Shown here: in pieces, positions 1 through 10,766 of the stretch | Position numbering within the stretch: the stretch's first letter is position 1 | Layout: each line of letters starts with the position of its first letter | Assembly (NCBI GenBank): GCA_963714275.1 | Contig: CAVQNT010000006.1 | Coordinates: forward strand, 384,001-448,000 | Source: Candidatus Bathyarchaeota archaeon | Lineage (GTDB): Archaea > Thermoproteota > Bathyarchaeia > Bathyarchaeales > DTEX01 | DNA: 64,000 nucleotides | Reading direction: 5' to 3' | Position numbers and translations under genes: made by a program | The notes under the pieces: model-generated | The model's database searches: none | The model's input: the letters and a program-made list of their open reading frames with translations, nothing else | What the model was told of the DNA's origin: nothing

Positions 1-1
1 G

Positions 2-184
2 CACGAAGAGTATCCGGGCGAACCAAACATCTTCGAAATTGAGGACAACAGTTTCATAGATGCCGTCCGCTTAAACGATGCCTCAAAGATACTATGTCCA
101 TACTCCGACGGATTGAAGACACTTGAAGTCACATTAGCAGTCAACACTTCGATGGAAACGGGACAGCCAGTCAAAATATCTTAA
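2..184 (+). CDS. 3' end of a probable Gfo/Idh/MocA oxidoreductase (partial, window edge)
   Basis: Hand translation ...EDNSFIDAVRLNDASKILCPYSDGLKTLEVTLAVNTSMETGQPVKIS* resembles a Gfo/Idh/MocA C-terminus; tandem with the next gene. Confidence 0.6.
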   Translation, partial: HEEYPGEPNIFEIEDNSFIDAVRLNDASKILCPYSDGLKTLEVTLAVNTSMETGQPVKIS

Positions 185-221
185 AAGAATTTCAACAAAA
201 ATTTTTACTATTCTTAATAAA

Positions 222-1340
222 GTGAAAGTTAAGGTGCAAAGCTTGGAAAAAGTAAGGTTTGGCGTTATCGGAGCGAAGGGCATCGGCAGAACCCACATGG
301 AAGGCATCGGTTCCTGCGGGAAAGCAAAGCTTGTGGCTGTGGCTGACATAAATGAGGCTGAAGGAAGGGTGGCAGCTTCAAAGTACGGCGCCAAATGGTA
401 CATGGACTACGAAAAAATGCTTGAACGGAAAGACTTGGACGCAGTTTCTATTTGCACTCCACACTTCCTGCATTGCCCAATGACGCTGAAGGCTCTGGAG
501 CACGGCAAACACGTTTTGGTCGAGAAGCCCATGGCGATTTCGGTCAGCGAAGCCGACAGGATGGTTGATAAAGCCAGAAGCGTAGGGTTAAAGCTGGGTG
601 TGGTCTTTCAATATAGGACTTTTCCTGTTTACAGGGAGATTAAGCAGCTCATAGAATACGGTGAAATCGGCAAAATCTACAGAGTCAACATGGAAGCCTG
701 CACTTTCCGAACCCAAACCTACTACGAAAGCGACTCTTGGAGGGGCAAATGGGCAACCGAAGGCGGCGGGGCTTTGATTAACCAGACGATTCACAACATC
801 GATTTGCTTCAATGGCTCGTCGGAAAACCCTCGAGGCTCATGGGGCAAATAGACACGATGTACCACAACGTTGAGGTTGAGGACATAGCCTCCGCAGCGA
901 TAAAGTTTGAGAACGGAGCCCACGGAACACTACAAGCGAGCATCGTCGATGTCGTCGAAGCGACGAGGCTCGAAATCTGTGGCGAAAAAGGAAAAATCGA
1001 ATCCGACGGAGACGCCAAACGGGCGGTCATGAGTAAAACCCTCAAGGAATGCATCGCTGACAAAAAGGTTTGGGGCGGAAGACCTGAATGCCAGTGGCAC
1101 GAAGTCAAGCCAAAAACGGAGGATAAGGGAGGACATACAGCCGTTATAAAGGAATATTGCGAAGCTTTGATCGAGGGCAGAGAGCCACCTATTCCCGGAG
1201 AAGACGGACGAAATTCCATAGAAATCATAAATGCCATTATCCTCTCGTCGTTCGAAGGACGGGCAGTCACTTTCCCAGTGGACAGAAACGCCTACGACAA
1301 CCTAATGCAAAAACTATCGAAAAAATCTAGGACAATTTGA
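222..1340 (+). CDS. Gfo/Idh/MocA family oxidoreductase
   Basis: GVIGAKGIG Rossmann motif, HVLVEKPMA, GGGALINQTIHNID. Confidence 0.92.
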   Translation: MKVKVQSLEKVRFGVIGAKGIGRTHMEGIGSCGKAKLVAVADINEAEGRVAASKYGAKWYMDYEKMLERKDLDAVSICTPHFLHCPMTLKALEHGKHVLVEKPMAISVSEADRMVDKARSVGLKLGVVFQYRTFPVYREIKQLIEYGEIGKIYRVNMEACTFRTQTYYESDSWRGKWATEGGGALINQTIHNIDLLQWLVGKPSRLMGQIDTMYHNVEVEDIASAAIKFENGAHGTLQASIVDVVEATRLEICGEKGKIESDGDAKRAVMSKTLKECIADKKVWGGRPECQWHEVKPKTEDKGGHTAVIKEYCEALIEGREPPIPGEDGRNSIEIINAIILSSFEGRAVTFPVDRNAYDNLMQKLSKKSRTI

Positions 1341-1401
1341 GCTGCTTTTGACTTTTTTGTGTTAATAAGGCTTTAATATATAGTCAGCTTTTACTTTTTT
1401 T

Positions 1402-1653
1402 ATGCAATATGTAGCAAGGGTTGAAGTTGGTCTTAAGCCAGGCCATTCTGACCCTGAAGGCGAAACGACGAAGGACTCTCTTGTGGAACTGAATTATGCA
1501 GTTGATTCCGTTAAGGTCAGCAAGGTCTACGAGCTGCACATCGAGGCTTCGTCTCTTGAGGCTGCGAAGAAACTGGTTGACGAAATGTGCCGTAGGCTTC
1601 TCGCTAACCCCGTGAAGGACAATTACATTATTCGTGTAGAGGAAAACCGATGA
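1402..1653 (+). CDS. purS: Phosphoribosylformylglycinamidine synthase subunit PurS
   Basis: LKPGHSDPEGET and LLANPV motifs; overlaps purL start. Confidence 0.95.
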   Translation: MQYVARVEVGLKPGHSDPEGETTKDSLVELNYAVDSVKVSKVYELHIEASSLEAAKKLVDEMCRRLLANPVKDNYIIRVEENR

Positions 1654-4031
1654 GCCAACATCCGTATGTAAAGAAAGAGGTTCCGTTCGAGCTGTACGAA
1701 GTTAAGATCACAAAATCTGATAAACGTCAGCTCACCCAAATCAGCGAAGAAATGGGTCTGGCTCTTAACCTCAACGAAATGGTGGCTGTACAAAAATATT
1801 TTGCCCAAAAAAATAGGAATCCGACGGACGTTGAGCTCCAGACTTTAGGTCAAACGTGGTCTGAACACTGTTTCCACAAAACCTTCAAGGGAACAGTTGT
1901 AACGCCTGAAGGCAAGGAGATAAAATCTCTTTTCAAGACGTACATCGCCAAAGCCACGCGTGAGCTGAACAAGCCGTGGTGTATCTCAGTTTTTGAGGAC
2001 AACGCGGGCATAGTTCAATTCCAAGGCGACATAGCCATTGCAGCGAAGGTCGAAACCCACAACCACCCGTCAGCCATTGAGCCTTTCGGCGGAGCTGCAA
2101 CTGGGACAGGCGGAGTAATCCGTGACATACTCGGTGTGTGGGCTGACCCCATAGCCTGCACCGACGTTCTCGGGTTTGGCCCGCTTGACTACGATTTCAA
2201 CAAGTTGCCCCAAGGCGTCAAGCATCCTAAGTACGTTTATAGAGGCGTCGTCGCTGGAATTGGGAGTTACGGGAACAACATGGGCATCCCAACAGTCAAT
2301 GGAGCCATCTACTTTGACGAGAGCTACATGGGAAACGTGGTCGTCTACTGCGGATGCATAGGAACGCTGCCAGTAAAGAAGTACGTAAAGGACGCTAAGC
2401 CGGGGCACCGCCTCGTCTTGGCTGGGGGAAGAACGGGAAGAGACGGAATCCACGGTGTAACCTTCGCCTCGTTGGAGCTCACCGAAAAATCAGAGGAAGT
2501 TTCTAGACCAGCTGTCCAGATTGCCAACCCTATAGAGGAGGAGAAGCTTAAACGAGCAATCGTAAAAATCAGGGACATGGAGATGGCTTCGTCCATTACT
2601 GACCTTGGAGGTGGAGGACTGTCCAGCGCCCTAGGCGAGGCTGCTCACAGATTTGAGTGTGGAGCAAACGTCGAGCTTGAGAGGGTTTCACTGAAGTACC
2701 CGAACATTCCGCCTTGGGAGATCTACATCTCCGAATCTCAGGAAAGAATGCTTATCACCGTGCCCGAGAAGAATCTGAAGAAAGTCTTGGAGATTTTCGC
2801 ATCCGAAGACGTTGAAGCCACCAACATAGGATTTTTATCATCTGAGCAAGTTTTGATGTTAAGTTACGATGGGAATGTAGTTGCTGAAATAGACATGGGA
2901 TTCCTCTTTAACCCTCCGAAGGTTCAGAGAAGGGCTGAATGGGAAAAACCCAAGCATGTTGAGCCAAGTTTTGATGAACCCGAAGGCTTAACGGATGTTT
3001 TGGTTGATTTGTTGTCTTCACCGAACATCGCCAGCAAAGAGGCAGTGATAAGGTCCTACGACCATGAAGTTAAGGGAAACACGGTCCTGAAGCCTCTGTG
3101 CGGAAAATGTGCGGGTCCAAGCGACGCTGCGGTCATTAAACCATTGGATGATTCCTATCGGGGGCTCGTGATTTCGTGCGGGATGAACCCGCAATACGGG
3201 AAAATCGACGCTTACTGGATGGCGGCTTCAAACATTGACGAAGCCATACGGAACAACGTTGCGGTAGGTGGGCAGAGAATCGCGCTTCTAGACAACTTCG
3301 TTTGGGGCAGCCCCGAAAAACCCGACAGAATTGGCTCACTCGTCAAAGCCTGTGAAGCCTGCTACGATTTCACCAAGGGCTTCGAAACCCCGTTCATCTC
3401 GGGCAAAGACAGCCTATACAATGAGTCGCCTTTGGGACCGGTTACGCCGACGCTTTTGATAACTGCAATTGGCATAATCTCTGATGTTAAGAAAACGGTT
3501 TCGATGGACCTGAAGACGCCGGGAGACCTTGTTTACCTTTTTGGGCAGACGTATCCGGAGCTAGGCGGCTCAGAATACTACAGGACGAAAGGTTTCATTG
3601 GACGCTCAGTTCCATTGGTCAGACTGAACGAAGCTAAACGGACAATGGATTTTATCTCAAAAGCCATCGAGGCTGGCTACGTAAGAGCTTGCCACGACTT
3701 GTCTGAGGGTGGATTGGCTGTAGCAGCAGCTGAGATGGCATTCTCAAGCGGTTTTGGATTGGATGTTTGGTTAAACAAGTTTCCTCAATCTGAACCTGTA
3801 AGAAGAAATGATTATGTCCTGTTCTCTGAGTCGAACAGCCGGTTTCTAATTGAAGTCTCCGAAAAAATGATAGGCGATTTCGAGGCTACAATGAAAGGCG
3901 CAAACTTTGCTCAAATCGGTAAAATCAAGAAAGAAAAATGCTTGTCGATTCACGGTTTAGGCGAAGAAACAGTCATCGAGGCTGATTTGGACGACTTGAG
4001 AGACGCTTGGAAGAAAACTTTTGGAGGATGA
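1650..4031 (+). CDS. purL: Phosphoribosylformylglycinamidine synthase subunit PurL
   Basis: QTWSEHCFHK, KVETHNHPSAIEPFGGAATG, DLGGGGL, SESQERM. Confidence 0.97.
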   Translation: MSQHPYVKKEVPFELYEVKITKSDKRQLTQISEEMGLALNLNEMVAVQKYFAQKNRNPTDVELQTLGQTWSEHCFHKTFKGTVVTPEGKEIKSLFKTYIAKATRELNKPWCISVFEDNAGIVQFQGDIAIAAKVETHNHPSAIEPFGGAATGTGGVIRDILGVWADPIACTDVLGFGPLDYDFNKLPQGVKHPKYVYRGVVAGIGSYGNNMGIPTVNGAIYFDESYMGNVVVYCGCIGTLPVKKYVKDAKPGHRLVLAGGRTGRDGIHGVTFASLELTEKSEEVSRPAVQIANPIEEEKLKRAIVKIRDMEMASSITDLGGGGLSSALGEAAHRFECGANVELERVSLKYPNIPPWEIYISESQERMLITVPEKNLKKVLEIFASEDVEATNIGFLSSEQVLMLSYDGNVVAEIDMGFLFNPPKVQRRAEWEKPKHVEPSFDEPEGLTDVLVDLLSSPNIASKEAVIRSYDHEVKGNTVLKPLCGKCAGPSDAAVIKPLDDSYRGLVISCGMNPQYGKIDAYWMAASNIDEAIRNNVAVGGQRIALLDNFVWGSPEKPDRIGSLVKACEACYDFTKGFETPFISGKDSLYNESPLGPVTPTLLITAIGIISDVKKTVSMDLKTPGDLVYLFGQTYPELGGSEYYRTKGFIGRSVPLVRLNEAKRTMDFISKAIEAGYVRACHDLSEGGLAVAAAEMAFSSGFGLDVWLNKFPQSEPVRRNDYVLFSESNSRFLIEVSEKMIGDFEATMKGANFAQIGKIKKEKCLSIHGLGEETVIEADLDDLRDAWKKTFGG

Positions 4032-4034
4032 CTG

Positions 4035-4853
4035 ATGAAAAAGGAAGACATAAAAGTATGCATTATTAGGGTGGGCGGAACTAACTGCGACGCTGAAACA
4101 AGACGGTCCTTCGAAGACCTCGACGTCAGGGCGGAAGTCCTCCATCTGAACGAGATTGTAAAGAAAAAATGCCTGCTTAAATACGATGTTTTGGTGTTTC
4201 CGGGGGGTTTCTCCTTCGGCGACTATGTAAGGGCTGGAGCCATTCTGGCAAAAGACTTCTCTGCCAAGCTTGGAAAGTGCTTGAGAGCCTTTATTGAGGA
4301 AGGTAAACCTGTTCTAGGCATATGCAACGGTTTCCAAGTTCTCGTTGAGTCCGGTCTTCTGCCAGCATTCAACGGAGTCAGTAAATATCCAGAGGCTGTC
4401 CTTGCCACGAATGTGCCAATCGGTTATAGGTGCAGGTGGGTCTACTTAAGACACGAAAATTTAGGCAACTGTCTTTTTACGAGAAAAATTCCAAAAGGTA
4501 AGGTTCTGAGAATCCCCGTTGCTCATGGTGAGGGCAGGTTTATTTTCCCCAAAGACGCTGAAGACGAGTGTCTTAAAAAACTCAAAGACAATGATCAGCT
4601 TGTCTTCAGGTACTGCGACGAGACGGGACAAGAGGCGCAAGGAAAATATCCAGATAATCCGAACGGATCATTCAGCGACATTGCAGGAATCTGCAGCCCA
4701 GATGGAACTGTTTTCGGGTTGATGCCTCATCCTGAAAGAGCCTTTTATGGCTGGCAGCTACCAGACTGGACAAGAGACGGAAAGCCAACGGAATATGGCG
4801 ACGGAAAACTCATCTTTGAATCCATTGTCGAATATGTTACGAAGAAATTTTAG
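4035..4853 (+). CDS. purQ: Phosphoribosylformylglycinamidine synthase subunit PurQ
   Basis: PGGFSFGDY, GICNGFQ, AHGEGR, GLMPHPER. Confidence 0.97.
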   Translation: MKKEDIKVCIIRVGGTNCDAETRRSFEDLDVRAEVLHLNEIVKKKCLLKYDVLVFPGGFSFGDYVRAGAILAKDFSAKLGKCLRAFIEEGKPVLGICNGFQVLVESGLLPAFNGVSKYPEAVLATNVPIGYRCRWVYLRHENLGNCLFTRKIPKGKVLRIPVAHGEGRFIFPKDAEDECLKKLKDNDQLVFRYCDETGQEAQGKYPDNPNGSFSDIAGICSPDGTVFGLMPHPERAFYGWQLPDWTRDGKPTEYGDGKLIFESIVEYVTKKF

Positions 4854-4962
4854 TCAAATTTGCAGTTTCCTTCTTCCTCAAGCATTATTAGTTTCTATCG
4901 GCATACTAAGAAAGCCAAATTCGCGTTCAAACATGTTGAGGTCGGAGTGTAAACAAAAGTTG

Positions 4963-6037
4963 ATGAAGGACGGCAAACTTTACGGAAAACCGAAACTGAA
5001 AGTGGTCCTCTACGGCGCAGGATGGATAGGCAGCAGCATAACACAATTACTAACAAAGAAAAAGGGAGTAGAAATCGTCGGAGCAGTTGACTCTTCGCCA
5101 AGCAAAATTGGACGTGACTTAGGCTCAATTATAGGAACCGACAAACCCTTAGGTGTCGTCGTAACGAATGACATAGCGAAATTGCTGTCCGAAGTAAAAC
5201 CCGATGTTGTCGTTCACGCTACATCTTCTTTTCTCAAGGACGTTTATCCGCAGTTCGAAGAAATCGTCAAACACGGCGTAAACGTGGTTTCAACGTGCGA
5301 GGAGCTTTCATACCCCTATGTCTCAAGTAGCGATTTGACGGCTAAACTTGACAAACTGGCAAAAAAACACAGGGTCACAGTTTTGGGCACAGGAATCAAT
5401 CCCGGATTCGTCATGGACGCTCTGCCGATTACTTTAACAAGCGTCTGCCAAGAAATTAGGCGCATTCAAGTTGAAAGGGTCATGGACGCGGCGGGTCGAA
5501 GGGCGCCTTTCCAGAAAAAGATCGGTGCTGGGCTTTCGGTTGACGAATTCAAAGAAAAAATCGCGGACAAACAGATTACGGGTCACATTGGCTTGGAGCA
5601 GTCGGTCGCCATGATAGACTGATGCGTTGAGGTGGAAGCTTCAAGCCGTCGAAATAGGCGCTGTTGAACCCATCGTCGCTGAGAAACCTGTTGAAAGCAA
5701 TGCTGTGAAGGTTGAACGTGGAAAAGTTGCTGGTCTAAGGCAATCCGTTCGCGGCATAATGGATGGCAAGCCCGTCATAACGTTGTTGTTCAAGGCGTAC
5801 ATTGGCGCGGAAGAGGAATACGATTCAATTACGATCGAGGGCACGCCCAACATACACGAAAAGATCAGCCCATGCGTACACGGCGACCTCGCGACAGCAG
5901 CCATGATCGTCAATTCAATTCCCAAAGTCATCAACGCGGAGCCTGGCTTGAAAACGATGAAGGACTTGCCTATGCCATCCGCTGTTCTTGAGGACATTAG
6001 GCTTTACGTGGATTCGTTTATATCCAAAAATGCGTAA
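4963..6037 (+). CDS. 2,4-diaminopentanoate dehydrogenase / DapB-N-like NAD(P) oxidoreductase (split by an indel near 5620)
   Basis: YGAGWIG, NVVSTCEELSYP, GTGINPGFVMD, GHIGLEQS, then HGDLATAAMIVNSIP in the second frame; start at 4963 inferred. Confidence 0.8.
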
Positions 6038-6076
6038 AAACTGAAAAAACCAAGAGAATTACGTTTAACGATCTTT

Positions 6077-7063
6077 TTAGATTGGCGGCAGCGCACGTTT
6101 TCTTTCCTGTAACGGAATCTTCGTCCATTTCATGAATTCTTGGGAAGGCGGCTCAGTTTTGTAAAGGATTTTTCTATGTGCCTCCAAAAGTTTGTTTGTT
6201 TGCCCAGTGTACTCAGCAGCTGTCAATATTTGATGCCCAAGACCAGACGCCTTGTCGATGGCGGATTGCGTGGTTTTCGTCCAGTTTTCGTCTCTGAGGA
6301 TGTGGTGGTCCAGAATTGTTTCTGGCACGTTTTCCCCGATGGTTTCAAGGTTCAACATTGCTGCCTCGATTTTTTGTGGGCTAACCTTATACTGGGCAAG
6401 GTAAACTGGAGGACCACCCACAATTGCCAGCATAGGCTTTTCTTCTAGGATGATTTTGGCTGTTCTGTCAGACATGGGTCCTTGAACATCAGGCGCGAAA
6501 AGCACCTTTTCCTCTTTATGTTCAATTGCCGTCATTAGTACCCAGCCCAGCTCTGAACCTTCTTCGCCATGGCAAACTGGGACAGAAAACCTCATAGACG
6601 TTTCTCCGAACCTGAATGTTCTGCCATCAACGAACTCGAGCCTTGAAGCCTTTTTTCCAGACGTTTTATGGAACATCCAACCCCGCTGCCTTTGGCTGGG
6701 ATTAATGTTCGACTTGTAACTCTTCACGAAAACAATTTTACCCGCATAAATCTTCTCGGCAATCTCAGCCGAAGACCAGTGGTTCACCCAGTCAGTGAAC
6801 GAAGGCGTGTGATGGTCAAAATGGTAATGGCTGATGGTCACAACGTCCGCTTTTTTAGCTAGATCTAGCATCCTATTTCGGCACTCCCTCAAAGCCACGT
6901 ACTCCTTGGGATGAGGAGTCAGTCCATAACGGTTCGGACACAACGAGACACCAGCATCCAAAAGAATGTTAATATCAGGAGTTTCAACATAGGTACACAT
7001 GGAACGGACGCCTAAGCTTTCGAAGGCTACGGGAACAATCTTGATGAAGCTAAGGTTTCTCAT
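6077..7063 (-). CDS. UPF0282-like metallo-beta-lactamase fold hydrolase
   Basis: ESLGVRSM, ISHYHFDHH, DVQGP, DHHILRD. Confidence 0.85.
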   Translation of the reverse strand: MRNLSFIKIVPVAFESLGVRSMCTYVETPDINILLDAGVSLCPNRYGLTPHPKEYVALRECRNRMLDLAKKADVVTISHYHFDHHTPSFTDWVNHWSSAEIAEKIYAGKIVFVKSYKSNINPSQRQRGWMFHKTSGKKASRLEFVDGRTFRFGETSMRFSVPVCHGEEGSELGWVLMTAIEHKEEKVLFAPDVQGPMSDRTAKIILEEKPMLAIVGGPPVYLAQYKVSPQKIEAAMLNLETIGENVPETILDHHILRDENWTKTTQSAIDKASGLGHQILTAAEYTGQTNKLLEAHRKILYKTEPPSQEFMKWTKIPLQERKRALPPI

Positions 7064-7360
7064 CTAAACACCATATGCGTTGCTGTCCGTGTCGATGTAT
7101 TGTTTAAAGAATCGGTTTTCGCTTCTTATCTCAGTTCCTATAACAAAAGAAGCCTAACTATGATGGTGGCAATTTAATGTGTGGGTTCCACACTCAAGAT
7201 CTACATCATGCCTTATGAATCAGTAGGGTCAGAGCTGTCATCACCCACAAACATGGAATTGCATATGAACAATATTTAAGTTAACACCTGTTTCAGCTCA
7301 GACTGGAATTCATACCCATTTAGTCAAGCTTTTACCGAATTAACATGAATCAGACCCTTT

Positions 7361-7531
7361 ATCATACAAACGGAAAATTCTATTGTCACACAAAACAGGA
7401 CAGGTCTAAGACAGCACTGTTCGTTACACAAAATTGAAAATCGAATGTTACACAAATCAGATAGGTCTTAGACGATATTGTTTGTTGTTCAAAATGCAAA
7501 TTCAGTTGATGAACAAATCAGACCAGACAGA
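7361..7531 (-). repeat. Dispersed 61-bp-unit repeat, copy A (3 units, reverse orientation)
   Basis: Reverse complement aligns by eye with 28671-28790, 31936-32045 and 53298-53405 (TCTGWTTTGTKYRACA...TTTG...ACAA...GTCYTAGACCT). Confidence 0.85.
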
Positions 7532-7643
7532 TCCGCATAAATCGAATAATAGAATAGTATAAACTTTTTTTTAAAAAAAATGAAATTGTTTCTTTACATG
7601 AAATAGAACTTTTGCAGAGTCAAACATACTAAGAATTATTGGA

Positions 7644-7844
7644 TTACCTTATTGTGGATTTTTCTTCTTTCTGGTAGTAGTCTGTCCATTTGAGTTTTCG
7701 TGCGTCTCGCTTCAGTTTCACAGCGCTTTTCCTACATTTGCTTGAACAGAACCACAGGATTGCGCCATCGCCTCTAATGTACATCATTCCTGTGCCCCGC
7801 GGAAACTCGTGACCGCAGAACGCGCATTTTTGGGATTTAGGCAT
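7644..7844 (-). CDS. rpl24e: 50S ribosomal protein L24e
   Basis: CAFCG...PRGTGMMYIRGDG...FCSSKC...KLKWT. Confidence 0.96.
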   Translation of the reverse strand: MPKSQKCAFCGHEFPRGTGMMYIRGDGAILWFCSSKCRKSAVKLKRDARKLKWTDYYQKEEKSTIR

Positions 7845-7913
7845 TTTCAGTTTCTCCGAATGTTAACTGCAAATAATCATCCAAGGTGGCTGATGCGAGG
7901 TTCAGTTGGTTTG

Positions 7914-8132
7914 CTACCTAATTTTTCGGGCTTCCCTTTCTGTCTCTCTCAACATAAGGATGTCTTCCAACCGAATTGGTCCCTTAATGTTCCTTGTTAT
8001 AATGCGTCCTTTGTCGGGACCTTCGAGGATTCTGACCCTAACCTGAATGATTTCGCCTGTTGATCCCGTTCTGCCGACAATTTGAATGACTTGCGCAGGA
8101 GTTTGGGCTACCTCGCTTTCTTTCTGGCTCAT
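7914..8132 (-). CDS. rps28e: 30S ribosomal protein S28e
   Basis: [34 protein letters not shown]. Confidence 0.96.
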   Translation of the reverse strand: MSQKESEVAQTPAQVIQIVGRTGSTGEIIQVRVRILEGPDKGRIITRNIKGPIRLEDILMLRETEREARKIR

Positions 8133-8518
8133 TAACTGGAACCTTCCTTGATCCTCCGTATCCGAGTCACAATTTCTGCGACTAGGTCGGATGCTTCTCC
8201 AGTCTCAACGATGCACACAGCGGCAGATTGAACATCGATTCCCACAGAATTTCCAAGTTTAACTTTACTTGGGACAAAAACGAAAGTGATCTTCCTTTCG
8301 TCGCATAGTATTGGAAGATGGGCAACCACTTCAGGCGGATCAACGTCCTCAGCTATGATGACAAGCTTCGCCTGTCCCCTTTCTATCGCTTTGGTTGTTT
8401 CATTGGTACCTTTACGTATGCTACCCGTTCGCGTTGCTATTTGAAGCGCCTCGTACGCAGCGTTGGCTACTTCTGCTGGTGTCTCAAACTTTATGAAGAA
8501 TGGTTTCGACATGTTCAT
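8132..8518 (-). CDS. rpl7ae: 50S ribosomal protein L7Ae
   Basis: [28 protein letters not shown]; start may be the second ATG (8512). Confidence 0.96.
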   Translation of the reverse strand: MNMSKPFFIKFETPAEVANAAYEALQIATRTGSIRKGTNETTKAIERGQAKLVIIAEDVDPPEVVAHLPILCDERKITFVFVPSKVKLGNSVGIDVQSAAVCIVETGEASDLVAEIVTRIRRIKEGSS

Positions 8519-8529
8519 TCACCGAAACT

Positions 8530-8548
8530 TCATCAACACATGTTTCAG
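8530..8548 (-). promoter_or_regulatory. Candidate L7Ae-binding K-loop/K-turn in the rpl7ae leader
   Basis: Minus strand reads CTGA-aacatgtgt-TGATGA between a TATA-like element (8581-8587) and the GGTGA RBS. Confidence 0.5.
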
Positions 8549-8686
8549 TTTACGTTTAACCCTAACTGTGAACGTCTCCCTATATATGTTACGGTTTTAA
8601 TGTCAACATTGTAACCTAGAGATCAATAGGATATTAAAACAAAATGGCGAAAAATACTATTATAGGAAAAACGTAGACTCTACGGC

Positions 8687-8911
8687 TTAAACGCTTATGA
8701 CTTTTTTGACTTGGGGAACCTTGCTTTTCAGGTATCGTTCAACGCCTAACTGCAGAGTCATCTGAGACATGGGGCATCCTGCGCATGCACCCTTCAGCTT
8801 AACCTTGACGGTTCCTTCCTTGTCAACATCAACGAGTTCGATGTCTCCGCCGTCCGCCACAAGGTGCGGTCTAATCTCATTGATTATTTTCTCAACCTCG
8901 TCTTTCAACAC
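8687..8911 (-). CDS. NifU C-terminal (Nfu) domain protein
   Basis: IRPHLVADGGDIELV, GACAGCPMS. Confidence 0.92.
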   Translation of the reverse strand: MLKDEVEKIINEIRPHLVADGGDIELVDVDKEGTVKVKLKGACAGCPMSQMTLQLGVERYLKSKVPQVKKVISV

Positions 8912-8971
8912 CCATTCGCTCCTGACCTGATTGACTTTGTTGTGATACCTTTCCGAAAATATAAACGTTCC

Positions 8972-10735
8972 TTATCTATGGGCATAAACCACCCCGATTT
9001 TTTCGTTCTTCTGATCAACCCTCACGAACCCAAAACGTTCAAACTGAACAATCTGACCGACCGAAACGTTACGGAACGCATCTTCCGCCAAACCTTTCAC
9101 TGATGAGCCGTCGGGTATCAAAACCTCGCATGAGACTCCTTCATCCACTGGCAACCAGTGAACCAATGGCACCCTTAGCCGTCTCGCATCATCGTAGGCT
9201 TCGCTGAAATAAGTAGCAGAGAATCCTGTTTCGGTTGCATCTTGAACTTTAACGTTGAAGATCTCCATCAACCGAATGACAGAACCATTCGCAAACAAAG
9301 CTTTATCCCTGCTTGAAACAAGAATCTCCGCTTCATCATTCCGAGGTTTAACGATAAGAGTTCGGTGTCCCCGTTCAGGATGGTCAGGAAGAAAGGGAAT
9401 ATGAGCCGCATACGGTTTTTTGACTCCTTTTACAGTAAGTTTTAACGGTTCTTGAACGAAGAAGAACCTGTCTGCTGTCGGATCAATAATTTTTTTATTG
9501 TAAGCGTAAAGGTTCTCCCAACTGAGGGTAATGTCAACGGGTCTCGGACCAATGTCCAGTATGAGATGCCTTAGGGCGCCAGGCTGTATTCCCCTGCGAC
9601 TCAAAGCCCTGAAAGTTGCAAGCCTAGGATCATCCCAACCCGTGTAGGTTCCATCCTGAACGCCGTGGACAATCTTCGACTTGCTCAATGTGGCTCCAAC
9701 AATCTTGAGCCTGCCGTAATGGATTGCTTCCGGATACTTCCACCCAAGATATGCGTAAAGGTACTCCTGCCTTCTCTGGTTTGCCAAGTGTTCTTTGCCA
9801 CGAATAACATGGGTGATGTCGTTAAGGTGATCGTCGACGCCGTTCGCAAAAGCAAAAAGCGGCCAGACACGATACTTCCTGCCTACCCTTGGATGAGGAT
9901 ACTTCTTGGGATCAACAATTCTGAAAGCTGGCCACTCTCGGATTGCGGGGTTCGGATGATCAAGGTCCGTTTTGACTCGTACGACAGCTTCACCTTCGCC
10001 GTATTCTCCGCTAAGCATGGCTTGCCAACGGTTCATGCTCTCTTCAGGGCTAAGGATTCTGCATGGACACGGTTCTCTGACGGTTACTTTTTCGTGGAAA
10101 TCCTCACGTTTGCATGTGCAGACGTAGGCGTGTCCGTCTTTCAGCAACTTCTCCGCATGCTTGTAGTAAATTTCGATGCGGTCGCTTTGTATGTATTCAG
10201 CATCCCATTCGCACCCAAGCCACCTTAGGTCTTCTCTGATTAAATCGTAAAATTTCAGGGCAGATTTCTTTAAGCGTGTATCTGTGTCTTCGAACCTCAA
10301 AATAAACAAGCCATCATACATATGTGCGTACTCGTGACTCAAAATCACAGCACGAGTCGACCCGATGTGAAGAACCGCGTCAGGGTTAGGAGCAAAACGC
10401 GTGACAACCTGCTTGTACTTTTCGACATTCGGCAACAGCGGAAGTCCTTTCTTCTCTTCAATTTTTCCCTTCTCCTCTAAGAGTGTTGGCCAAAGCTTTC
10501 TAACAATTTCCTTCTGTTTTTCCAAGGTGAAAGAGTTAACTTCGTGAACAACAGTGTCCACTAAAGAAGTGGCTTCTGCGACTTTCCCTCTTAACTCAGG
10601 ATTTTCAGCCAGCAACCTCCCGAGAATAGGTTTCGGTTGTGCCTTTCCTTCATGCTCGATGGCGTTTGTTAGGGCTATTTTGCGAATGGTTTCTTTGATT
10701 TCTAAATGTTTCCCGGAGTCTCTTGAACATACCAT
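8972..10735 (-). CDS. gltX: Glutamate--tRNA ligase (archaeal type)
   Basis: RFAPNPDAVLHIG, LRFEDTD, RGKEH, LSKS, QFERFGF. Confidence 0.96.
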   Translation of the reverse strand: MVCSRDSGKHLEIKETIRKIALTNAIEHEGKAQPKPILGRLLAENPELRGKVAEATSLVDTVVHEVNSFTLEKQKEIVRKLWPTLLEEKGKIEEKKGLPLLPNVEKYKQVVTRFAPNPDAVLHIGSTRAVILSHEYAHMYDGLFILRFEDTDTRLKKSALKFYDLIREDLRWLGCEWDAEYIQSDRIEIYYKHAEKLLKDGHAYVCTCKREDFHEKVTVREPCPCRILSPEESMNRWQAMLSGEYGEGEAVVRVKTDLDHPNPAIREWPAFRIVDPKKYPHPRVGRKYRVWPLFAFANGVDDHLNDITHVIRGKEHLANQRRQEYLYAYLGWKYPEAIHYGRLKIVGATLSKSKIVHGVQDGTYTGWDDPRLATFRALSRRGIQPGALRHLILDIGPRPVDITLSWENLYAYNKKIIDPTADRFFFVQEPLKLTVKGVKKPYAAHIPFLPDHPERGHRTLIVKPRNDEAEILVSSRDKALFANGSVIRLMEIFNVKVQDATETGFSATYFSEAYDDARRLRVPLVHWLPVDEGVSCEVLIPDGSSVKGLAEDAFRNVSVGQIVQFERFGFVRVDQKNEKIGVVYAHR

Positions 10736-10766
10736 TCTTTCTTGCCACCGAGGTCATGTAGATTGT

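Noticed and set aside
5620-5625. In-frame TGA as selenocysteine (also considered at 22892)
   Set aside because: The continuation is in a different frame and not at a Cys-aligned position; explained by an indel.
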